Below are positions 19,688 to 28,262 of a DNA stretch of 64,000 nt, piece by piece. Each line of letters opens with the position of its first letter. The stretch's first letter is position 1. Below the pieces are notes generated by a model, which did no database searches, was not told the DNA's origin, and was given only the letters and a program-made list of their open reading frames with translations. The position numbers were made by a program, and so were the translations under genes. Where the stretch lies: NCBI GenBank assembly GCA_963803805.1, contig CAWDOD010000011.1:192001-256000 (forward strand). The letters run 5' to 3'. The DNA comes from an uncultured cyanobacterium (GTDB lineage Bacteria > Cyanobacteriota > Cyanobacteriia > Cyanobacteriales > CAWCAG01).

Positions 19688-20686
19688 ATGGCTGTCGCGA
19701 TCACACTAAAAAGAAAAATGGTATTACTAATTTTAATCCTCATCACCTCAACAACAATAGTAATAAACACTTCCTGGGGAGAATATCCCATCCCTCCCTT
19801 AGCTGTTGTGCAAACCATCTTCGGTTTGGATGCTGGAAATAGTGACTATGCCTTTGTTATCAGGACTTTGCGCCTGCCCAGAAGTTTGACTGCGGCATTG
19901 GTGGGTATGGCATTAGGGGTTTCTGGCACAATCCTGCAAGGTATCACTCGCAATCCCCTTGCTGCCCCAGGAATCATTGGTATTAATGCTGGGGCGAGTT
20001 TAGCCGCAGTGAGTTTAATTGTGGTTTTTCCCAACATTCCTGTAAGTGTTTTACCTTTAGCAGCTTTCGGTGGTGCTTTTTTGACTTCACTATTAATTTA
20101 CTTCCTAGCTTGGCAACACAGAAGCCATCCAGTGCGACTTATTTTAATTGGTGTGGGCATTGCTGCTGTGGTTAATGCTGTTACTAACTTAATCGTCACT
20201 TTAGGGGAAATTAATAGCGTTAGTCAGGCTTTAGTTTGGTTAGCAGGAAGTGTTTATGGCCGCAGTTGGGAACAGATTTTTTACCTGTTACCTTGGTTAA
20301 TAGTTTTTATTCCCTTAGCTTTCTTAAAAGCACCACAATTAAATGCCTTAAATTTAGGAGAAGAAATAGCAAAAGGTTTGGGGATGAAAGTTGAATGGCA
20401 GCGTGGTTTTTTATTATTAATTAGTGCTGCCCTTGCTGGGGCAGCAGTAGCTACCGCAGGAACTATTGGTTTTGTTGGTTTGATTGCCCCTCATCTATCC
20501 CGTCAATTAGTCGGAAATCTCCATGAAGGATTGATTCCTGTAGCAGCAATGATGGGAGCAGCAATTGTCGTCGTAGCAGATTTTTTAGGTAGAATTTTGT
20601 TTGCCCCTATAGAACTTCCTTGTGGGATTATTACTGCTTTACTTGGTGCGCCTTATTTTATTTATATTCTTGTTAAGAATAACTAA
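19688..20686 (+). CDS. FecCD-family iron-siderophore ABC transporter permease
   Basis: LRLPR, QGITRNPLAAPGIIGI, LGEEIAKGLG and IGFVGLIAPH motifs. Confidence 0.92.
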   Translation: MAVAITLKRKMVLLILILITSTTIVINTSWGEYPIPPLAVVQTIFGLDAGNSDYAFVIRTLRLPRSLTAALVGMALGVSGTILQGITRNPLAAPGIIGINAGASLAAVSLIVVFPNIPVSVLPLAAFGGAFLTSLLIYFLAWQHRSHPVRLILIGVGIAAVVNAVTNLIVTLGEINSVSQALVWLAGSVYGRSWEQIFYLLPWLIVFIPLAFLKAPQLNALNLGEEIAKGLGMKVEWQRGFLLLISAALAGAAVATAGTIGFVGLIAPHLSRQLVGNLHEGLIPVAAMMGAAIVVVADFLGRILFAPIELPCGIITALLGAPYFIYILVKNN

Positions 20687-20818
20687 GAAAAGAAATTTCT
20701 CTATCCTACTAGATCGGTATTTGGCAGCACCGGTTATTTGTGAGGGTAGGGAGTAGGGGGTAGTATGTTCGATAGTCAAGTTGTCCCCCTTACCCATCAA
20801 TTGAAAATTGATACACCA

Positions 20819-22207
20819 CTAGTCTGCTAGTAAAGATTTTGCTTCTGCCAAAGCTTTCCTAACTTGCTCAAAACCAGTACCACCATAGCTATTCCGGGCT
20901 GCTACAACTTGTTGAGGAGAAATGGCTTGGTAAATATCTTCTTCAAAAGCAGGATGTAATTGTTGCCATTCTTCTAAGCTTAAGTCTTTGAGTAGTTTGC
21001 CCGCAGCTAAACTGGTTTTTACTACTTTACCCACCAGGTTATAAGCTTCTCTAAAAGGTACACCTTTTGTTGCTAAATAATCTGCGACATCGGTGGCGTT
21101 GGAAAAGTCTTCTGCTACGGCTTCCCCTAAACGTTGGGTACGAAATTCTAATCCTTCTTTTAAAAGAACTGTCATTGCTTCTAAGCAACCTTGAACGGTT
21201 TTAACTCCGTCAAATAAAGCTTCCTTGTCTTCCTGTAAGTCTTTGTTGTAGGCAAGGGGTAATCCCTTCATTAGCACCAACAACCCTTGGAGATGGCCAA
21301 AAACCCTACCTGTTTTTCCCCTAACTAGTTCTGGGACATCGGGGTTTTTCTTTTGGGGCATAATACTAGAACCAGTGGAACAGCTATCTTTGAGGGTAAT
21401 GAAACTAAATTCCTGGGAAGCCCAGAGAATAAGTTCTTCAGAAATGCGGCTGAGGTGAACCATAATTAAGCTGGCGGCACTAAGAAATTCGATGGCAAAG
21501 TCGCGATCGCTTACTCCATCTAAACTATTGGCATATACTCCTCCAAAGCCAAGTTCCGAGGCAGTGTAATGGCGATCTATGGGGAAGGTTGTACCAGCTA
21601 ATGCACCACTACCTAATGGAGAGATGTTGGTACGTTGATAAACTTCTCCTAAGCGTTCCCAATCCCTTTGTGCCATTTGGAAATAGGCGAGAAGGTGATG
21701 TGCTAGGCTGAGGGGTTGCGCCCTTTGGAGATGGGTATAACCAGGAATGAGAGTTTCTACATGGTTTTCGGCGTGGTTAAGTAAGGCTTGTTGCCACTGG
21801 CGCAATTGAGTGCGAATTTCTGTGATCTGTTCTCTTAAATAAAGGCGAGTATCTGTTCCAACTTGATCGTTGCGAGAACGCCCGGTGTGGAGTTTTTTGC
21901 CCACATCACCAATTATCTCAGTTAAGCGGCGTTCGACGGCAAAGTGAACGTCTTCTGCATCAATTCCAGGGTTAAAGTTCCCGGCTTGGTATTCTGAACG
22001 AATTTGTTCTAAACCTGCTACTAATTTTTCTCCTTCTTCAGGGGAGATTATACCTGTACGGGCTAACATTTTGCCATGGGCAATGGAACCTGTTAAATCG
22101 TATTCAATTAGTTCAATGTCAAAACCAATGCTGGCATTAAATGCAGCGATCGCAGGATGTAAAGATGTTTCAAAGCGATCACTCCAAGTTTTATTTACTT
22201 TCACCAA
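20819..22207 (-). CDS. argH: Argininosuccinate lyase
   Basis: [20 protein letters not shown] and [11 protein letters not shown] motifs. Confidence 0.97.
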   Translation of the reverse strand: MVKVNKTWSDRFETSLHPAIAAFNASIGFDIELIEYDLTGSIAHGKMLARTGIISPEEGEKLVAGLEQIRSEYQAGNFNPGIDAEDVHFAVERRLTEIIGDVGKKLHTGRSRNDQVGTDTRLYLREQITEIRTQLRQWQQALLNHAENHVETLIPGYTHLQRAQPLSLAHHLLAYFQMAQRDWERLGEVYQRTNISPLGSGALAGTTFPIDRHYTASELGFGGVYANSLDGVSDRDFAIEFLSAASLIMVHLSRISEELILWASQEFSFITLKDSCSTGSSIMPQKKNPDVPELVRGKTGRVFGHLQGLLVLMKGLPLAYNKDLQEDKEALFDGVKTVQGCLEAMTVLLKEGLEFRTQRLGEAVAEDFSNATDVADYLATKGVPFREAYNLVGKVVKTSLAAGKLLKDLSLEEWQQLHPAFEEDIYQAISPQQVVAARNSYGGTGFEQVRKALAEAKSLLAD

Positions 22208-22255
22208 AAATTTTTCACCCCTTAAGTTATATTGATCATTGATAACCGAAGCCCG

Positions 22256-22456
22256 TTACCCAAAAGAACTGAAGCCACGAATAAAATAACCCAAAGCTAT
22301 ACCAATCAGCAAAGCCCAAATTTGCCCAGATTCTATAAAATTTTGTACTGCCCCACGCATCTGACCAAGAACATCTGGATCTGATACGGCTTGAGCTAAA
22401 ATGCTGCTTAGATGAGGTAAATTTGCTGTTACTGTATCCATATTTGTTTGCATCAC
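22256..22456 (-). CDS. Small cyanobacterial membrane protein
   Basis: 66 aa; LAQ..DPDVLGQM...NFIESGQIWALLIG plus one TM helix; co-oriented between the phosphatase gene and argH. Confidence 0.7.
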   Translation of the reverse strand: MMQTNMDTVTANLPHLSSILAQAVSDPDVLGQMRGAVQNFIESGQIWALLIGIALGYFIRGFSSFG

Positions 22457-22483
22457 TGATTAATATTATCTTAATGAATTACC

Positions 22484-23962
22484 CTACTCAATCACTTCTT
22501 TTGAGCCACAGGGTGAAACTTGTTTCTGAGAAGATTTTACCTGCATAACCACCAATGTCATATCATCACCATTGCGATTGCCCAGACCGATGAATTGCTG
22601 TACTCTCTCGAAGAGATGATCAAGAACACTTTGGGGGCTATGCTTTTCTTGACAAGCCCATTTAAAAGCTGCCACTAAATTATCCTCATCAAAGCGATCC
22701 CCATTTTTATTTACGCCATCGGTAAAACCATCTGTGTAATAAATTATTGTATCTCCTGGAGCTAGTTGTATTTGAGCATCTTGATATTCTGATTCTGCAT
22801 CTAAGCCAATTAACATACCCAAGGTGTCTAAGCGAATAATCGAACCACTAGCTGCTTGCCATAACAAAGGAGGGTTATGGGCAGCATTGCTATAGGAAAG
22901 AATGCCTGTTTTGGGGTCGTATTCGGAGTAAAATAAGGTCACAAAACGATGAGAATTTTCTAAATCCTCATACATAACCCGATTTAAGTGTTGGAGGATT
23001 TGCGCTGGGGAGTTACGGTTAAGAACCTCTGCCCTCAACATTCCCCTCGTCATGGTCATAATTAATCCCGCAGGCACTCCTTTGCCCATAACATCCCCAA
23101 TGGTAATACTCCAAGGAACACATTGGGAAGGGTCTGAGCCATCGGGATTTTGCCTGATTTGGTCGTAATTGGCAGGAATAAAATCGTAATAATCTCCCCC
23201 CACCCGACTAGCAGTTTGGCAATTAGCAGCTAATTCTACCCCAGCAATTTGTGGGCATTTACTAGGAAGTAGGTGTACTTGTATTTCTGAGGCAATTTCT
23301 AGTTCCCGATCTAAACGTTCTTTTTGTCGCAGTTCTACGGTTAAATCGTTGTTAGCAATGGCTACAGCAGTTTGATCTGCCACTAGCTGGACTAATTTTC
23401 TGCGGGTAGGAGTCCAACTATAGTTTTCATCTCGGCTAAAAACGTATAAACGCCCTCGATCTTGATTTTTGAGGAGAATAGGTGTCCCAAAAAACTTAAC
23501 TTCTGACTCTAGATATTTTTTTAGCTTTTCATCAAGATATTCTGCTAGGGGAATGGGCTGTTTAGTTTCTCCTGGGATATTTCTAGGTTGTTTTTGCGAA
23601 GTATTAACATGAGCGATCGCCTTATCCAAAGCCAAACTAATATCCTGACAGCTATTAGCCTGCTGACAATGCAATAATTCCAGCCGAACTTTACCATTAG
23701 GCTTAAACAGGACTAAAGCCCCTCCTTCTGCATCAGTAACCCTTGCAGCCATTAAAGGTACAATTTCTAGAAATTGCTTTAAGTTATTGAAGCTACGAAG
23801 GGCAAACCCCAAGGAACTCAAGAGGTTTTGAACTTTATGCTGTTCCCTAGAAAGGTCAGCTACTAACTCCTTGAGGGCCAAAATTGGTTGAGTGTCAGTA
23901 ATAGCAACTTGTTGATTTTTATCTCCAGAGTACTGGCGATGTGAAATAGGCACAGCAGTCAT
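22484..23962 (-). CDS. GAF + SpoIIE/PP2C serine phosphatase (RsbU-like)
   Basis: VGGDYYDF, IGDVMGKG, YYTDGFTD and DDMT motifs; N-terminal GAF-like region. Confidence 0.92.
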   Translation of the reverse strand: MTAVPISHRQYSGDKNQQVAITDTQPILALKELVADLSREQHKVQNLLSSLGFALRSFNNLKQFLEIVPLMAARVTDAEGGALVLFKPNGKVRLELLHCQQANSCQDISLALDKAIAHVNTSQKQPRNIPGETKQPIPLAEYLDEKLKKYLESEVKFFGTPILLKNQDRGRLYVFSRDENYSWTPTRRKLVQLVADQTAVAIANNDLTVELRQKERLDRELEIASEIQVHLLPSKCPQIAGVELAANCQTASRVGGDYYDFIPANYDQIRQNPDGSDPSQCVPWSITIGDVMGKGVPAGLIMTMTRGMLRAEVLNRNSPAQILQHLNRVMYEDLENSHRFVTLFYSEYDPKTGILSYSNAAHNPPLLWQAASGSIIRLDTLGMLIGLDAESEYQDAQIQLAPGDTIIYYTDGFTDGVNKNGDRFDEDNLVAAFKWACQEKHSPQSVLDHLFERVQQFIGLGNRNGDDMTLVVMQVKSSQKQVSPCGSKEVIE

Positions 23963-24486
23963 CGCACAAAGTTTCGCAATTTTTTTATAGGGAATTTGGC
24001 TCGATTTTTCCTTTAAAGGAGGCTCAAAAAAACAGATAGCTTGTACTGTCTATTAGGGTAATTCATACTTACTGATTCATCTAGCAAGATGTACCAAACA
24101 ACAGAGATTCCCATCACCCTTAAGGAGTAGCACACAATGTCATTTTATAGAAGCAATATTTGTTTTTCTGGTTAAATTAAAACAGCTTGAGGCTGGTAAA
24201 TGATACCCTTAAATGTTTTTTTTGCCAATAGGCAAGAGAAGTGGATAAAAAAGATGCTCTAATAATTCAGGTAGCTTTTCCTGAGATTTGCCCAAATCAG
24301 TTGAGTAAGCGAGAAAGTCTCTGAATCTGTTATTCCAACTTTGCTATTGCCTGCTGAGTAAGCTTCACCTTGGTTTAGTAGACTGGTTATTTTCCTTTGA
24401 AGGTCAAGGTTTCAACTATCTGCTTTTCTCTTCTATGGATTTTCGTCCTCTACACGGTTATTTTAAATTATTATGTTCAATATTTA

Positions 24487-24834
24487 TTATTCTAAAATCC
24501 CTTTGAACTGAGCATAAAACTCTTTCGGGGCTTCACCAAAGTATTTCAACAAAGCAGGGCAAAGCCACCCTTCCATATCTAGCATGGCAAGATAGTACCA
24601 ATTTCCTCCGTATTCCTCTCGCCGCCAGTCAAACTTAACTTGATAGCCAGGAAAAGGACGAGCAGAAAATAACAAGTTGAAACCTGATTCTGCATTTGCT
24701 ATATTCGCTACTATCTGGTCAATAATTTTGTCAGCTCCTGCTACAAATGGCTCTCGCACTAAACCTACTTTCTCGTCATCAAACACCCACATCTCATCAT
24801 ATTTATAGGGGTGTATGACCATAATTGAATTCAT
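24487..24834 (-). CDS. Conserved hypothetical protein (DUF6717-like)
   Basis: WVFDD...GLVREPFVAGAD...GGNWY...GWLCPALLKYF; starts 5 bp after the ligase stop. DUF number is from memory. Confidence 0.7.
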   Translation of the reverse strand: MNSIMVIHPYKYDEMWVFDDEKVGLVREPFVAGADKIIDQIVANIANAESGFNLLFSARPFPGYQVKFDWRREEYGGNWYYLAMLDMEGWLCPALLKYFGEAPKEFYAQFKGILE

Positions 24835-24839
24835 AGGGC

Positions 24840-25781
24840 TTACCTCTTATCGGCAAAAGTCTTTTGAGCAAAAGAAACTTTTTCGGCAATAGTTGTCAGT
24901 TTACCTCGAACCTCATTTATCGCTTCCAAGCGGGGAATTAACCCTGCTTGGTTAGCAATTTGAATTGACAAACCCGGACGGGCATTAATTTCTAAAAGTA
25001 AAGGCCCTTTTTCCTCATCAAGAACAAAATCCACCCCTAAATAACCAAATTCAGTTTTCTCCCCTAAAGTGGCAGACATTTCTAAAATCTTCTCCCAATT
25101 AGGAATTGATAGCCCCGCTAAAGGACTACCAGTTTCAGGATGTTCTTTGATGTAACGATTATGCTGAATGGCAGCTAGGGTTTTACCTGTGGCTAGATCA
25201 ATGCCAACCCCAACACCACCGCGATGAAGATTTGCCTTACCCTCAGAAGCGCGAGTTGGCAACCGCAACATCGCCATCACCGGAACTCCATGGTAAATAA
25301 TAAGACGGAGATCCGGGACTCCTTGATAGGCAACATCGGCAAACACCGGGTCAAATTGTACTGCATATTCAATGATTGCTACATCCTTATGACCAGAAAG
25401 GGAGAACATCCCACTCAGAATGTTATGAATGTGGTAGTGCAAATCCTCTGGCTTGATTAGAGAATCATTACTTTTGAGATAGCCTTCCTTGACGGTATCT
25501 TTTATAACAACGATGCCGTCCCCTCCACTACCCCGTGAAGGTTTGACCACAAAAGCACTTTGTCCTTTAACTAGGTCTGCTAATCCTTTAACTTCATTTT
25601 GAAAGCGAATTACACCATAGGTTTGAGGGACTGTAACCCCAATATTTTGGGCAATTTTTTTGGTTTCTAGCTTGCTGTCTGCATATTGATAAAGTTTGCG
25701 GGGGTTGTGGGGAAATAAATAATCTAAATTACGAGCATTGACCCCAAGAATGCCATGACTTTGAAGCAAAAATGACTGCAT
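24840..25781 (-). CDS. Alpha-L-glutamate ligase-like ATP-grasp protein (RimK-related)
   Basis: LGVNARN, FVVKPSRGSGG, GVPDLR, ANLHRGG, YLGVD and LEINARPGLSIQ motifs. Confidence 0.9.
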   Translation of the reverse strand: MQSFLLQSHGILGVNARNLDYLFPHNPRKLYQYADSKLETKKIAQNIGVTVPQTYGVIRFQNEVKGLADLVKGQSAFVVKPSRGSGGDGIVVIKDTVKEGYLKSNDSLIKPEDLHYHIHNILSGMFSLSGHKDVAIIEYAVQFDPVFADVAYQGVPDLRLIIYHGVPVMAMLRLPTRASEGKANLHRGGVGVGIDLATGKTLAAIQHNRYIKEHPETGSPLAGLSIPNWEKILEMSATLGEKTEFGYLGVDFVLDEEKGPLLLEINARPGLSIQIANQAGLIPRLEAINEVRGKLTTIAEKVSFAQKTFADKR

Positions 25782-25799
25782 TAGTTTGTCTGCGATCCT

Positions 25800-27431
25800 T
25801 TATTGATTTAACTGTCGTTGTAGAGACAAGAAGCGGAAATATTCTGTGAGTTTGTAACCGTTGTAGCGGCCGATGAGAATGTTGAAGGCTAAAATAACTA
25901 ATAGTAGTTCGGGAAAGGCAAAGGCTAAATGCTGTACGTAGGGGTTGATGGTACATAAATAGCCCAGGATAGCCACTACTAAGCTACCTAAACCAGCTAC
26001 TATAACTTCCTTTCCCCCTTCTTCTTCCCACATCATGGCCGCCCGTTCAATAGTCATGGCTAAAATGACGATGGGAAACAGAGAAATAGACAGTCCCAGA
26101 GTGAGATTGAAATTTTTCATTACTACTGCTAGAACCCCCATGATTAAAACCGTTGTGGTTAAAATTGCTGCTAAGCGAGGTACAACCAGAAGCTGCAAGC
26201 GATTAAGACAAGCTCTCATGACAAGCCCAACTGCAACAACCATGATAAATAAAGGAATGCCCTTAATTAAGCCAGTTTCTCGAAAGGAAAGAGCAATTAA
26301 AATTGGTGTAAACGTACCGAAGGTTGGTAAACCAATAACTTGGTGGAGAAAAGAAACAATTAACCCACCGATGGGTACTAGCACGAGTATTTGGAAAACT
26401 CGTTGAGTTGCCAAGGGTAATCGGAGAAGGGAGTATTCTAAAAAAGGATTGCTGGCAGCCTCTTCTTGCCAAATGGCCTTAGTTAAGCCGTTGTCGATGT
26501 TAGGACGTACCAAAACTTCGAGGGTGATGTCTCCTGAACCCTTGGCTGTAATGGGTTTGCTAGAACCATACCACCAAGTCAGGTAGCGGTCTTGGGGGCC
26601 AAAACTGCGGTTAACAGGGTCATAAGCTAACCAGCGATCGCTATCTTGATTTTGAACTTCTAACCACTTAACAAAATCTGTGGCATAAACTTCCTCGCTA
26701 GTTAGTAAAATGCCATTACCAATGCGGGTTGGTATTTGTGCTTCTTGAGATAAAAATGCGGCAATTTCTGCTGTAGATTTTTCTACTCCGATGGTATTAC
26801 GAATAGTCTGGACGCGAATATCTTCGGAGTTTAGGGCTAAATCGTAGATATTTTGCACTAAAGATAAGCGATCCCTCGATTCTTCTTTAGCTATTTTCAG
26901 CAAGGATTTAATGGCTGCATCTGGTGGATTCTCTTGCAAATTTTCTTCCACCGTAGCCCTTTGATCATTATCAAATTCAGCAAACTTTTGGTTAATTAAG
27001 CGGCGGCCGGCTAGGGAAACTTCCTTAGAGTCTGAGTCGGTAAAGTTTTGTTGTTCGTCTACAATGACCCGATAAAAAAGAGTTGTGCTATTTTTAGCTT
27101 GCTTATTGCTAAAGGTAGCAACTCTGTTAGCAGGATTTTTTTGAGTTTTGATTTGACGTTCAAACCCTGTATTAACAAAGTCTTCGTTGATTAAGCGATA
27201 GCGTTGAGAATTTTGGGGCATTTGTAGCTGAATAGTTGTTGGCAGTGCCTCTTCTGATTGCAGCAGCGATCCCTCTGATGTAACCGCAACCTTAGTTTCC
27301 ACATACCAACTTTTATAAGCTTGATTTGGCAGTAGGGGAATGTCTGTAGAGAGGGACTTGTGGAGAAAAATCGTGATGCCAACTGCCGTTAAAAAAAGAG
27401 CTAACAGTAGGGCTTGAAAAGTTCGATTCAT
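25800..27431 (-). CDS. Inactive transglutaminase-like domain fused to a 7-TM domain
   Basis: IPTRIGNG..., KWLEV (catalytic His replaced), AYDP; C-terminal GLPTFGTFTP, FPIVILAMTIER and GRYNGYKLTEYFRF. ATG at 27431 overlaps the upstream TAA. Confidence 0.85.
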   Translation of the reverse strand: MNRTFQALLLALFLTAVGITIFLHKSLSTDIPLLPNQAYKSWYVETKVAVTSEGSLLQSEEALPTTIQLQMPQNSQRYRLINEDFVNTGFERQIKTQKNPANRVATFSNKQAKNSTTLFYRVIVDEQQNFTDSDSKEVSLAGRRLINQKFAEFDNDQRATVEENLQENPPDAAIKSLLKIAKEESRDRLSLVQNIYDLALNSEDIRVQTIRNTIGVEKSTAEIAAFLSQEAQIPTRIGNGILLTSEEVYATDFVKWLEVQNQDSDRWLAYDPVNRSFGPQDRYLTWWYGSSKPITAKGSGDITLEVLVRPNIDNGLTKAIWQEEAASNPFLEYSLLRLPLATQRVFQILVLVPIGGLIVSFLHQVIGLPTFGTFTPILIALSFRETGLIKGIPLFIMVVAVGLVMRACLNRLQLLVVPRLAAILTTTVLIMGVLAVVMKNFNLTLGLSISLFPIVILAMTIERAAMMWEEEGGKEVIVAGLGSLVVAILGYLCTINPYVQHLAFAFPELLLVILAFNILIGRYNGYKLTEYFRFLSLQRQLNQ

Positions 27432-28003
27432 TACTGGGCCTCCCCTTGAGAACATTTTGGTTCGGCTGTGAAGGTAGCAGCAGAATCTATCACCAACCCG
27501 CCTTTTTCGAGCATATTACGACCAATTAGGACTGGGTAAGTAAACTGTTTACGGTCAGCAAGGTTTACTTCTTCTTCTACCCAACGACCAGCAATACAAA
27601 ATTTCATCTTTACTACTGGACGGCGGAAAAAGCCCCCATCTCCATCCTTAATTTTTACCCACCTGACCACAGGACGCTCAAAAACACTACTAGTTTCACC
27701 GTCTACAAAGCGGAATTTAATCATACCGCCAGATTCTGATTCGTTTTCTGGCTTGTCTAAAATTTCGGCATTAATGGAGGTGGTTTTGGCTCCTGTATCA
27801 AGTTTTACTTGGGTTTGAGCTTCAACACCTAAAATTTGAGTATTTTCTATCCAACCTACTGTTTTCACTTCCTGGAAAGATTGGTTACTAGCTTTTGTTT
27901 CTTGGGGGCTACATCCACTTGTAAATAATAAACTTATTGCGATCCCACTTAACATTTGTGCAGTCACAGAATAAGTCTTTTTCTGATACAAAATTCTCAT
28001 CAC
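27431..28003 (-). CDS. RimK-associated retropepsin-like protease (PF05618 type), probable lipoprotein
   Basis: VGWIE, KLDTGAKTTS, RRPVV, LADR and VLIGRN motifs; lipobox-like LLFTSGC. Confidence 0.85.
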   Translation of the reverse strand: MMRILYQKKTYSVTAQMLSGIAISLLFTSGCSPQETKASNQSFQEVKTVGWIENTQILGVEAQTQVKLDTGAKTTSINAEILDKPENESESGGMIKFRFVDGETSSVFERPVVRWVKIKDGDGGFFRRPVVKMKFCIAGRWVEEEVNLADRKQFTYPVLIGRNMLEKGGLVIDSAATFTAEPKCSQGEAQ

Positions 28004-28262
28004 CTAAAATAAAATAAAATTTGTCCTGATTAAATAAAACACATAAAACCAGAGTAGCTTTTTTGAGTTCAAGCTGCAAAATATACTGACACTAATAAGT
28101 TTGATATTTTTTTGCTACATTGAAACCCTATGCCGTCATACCTCTTAGGAAAGATAAATAAGTCACTGAATATTGTCAGTAAAAATCAGTATCTAGAGGG
28201 AGCGCAAATCAGAAAATACTTATCCAAAATAAAGCAATAGCTTAACTTTTAAATAATAATTC

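Noticed and set aside
28130-28200. Loose ACCT/ATCT-N3-AG palindromic motif, also near 35307, 56625 and 56696
   Set aside because: Too degenerate to support without a motif-discovery run.
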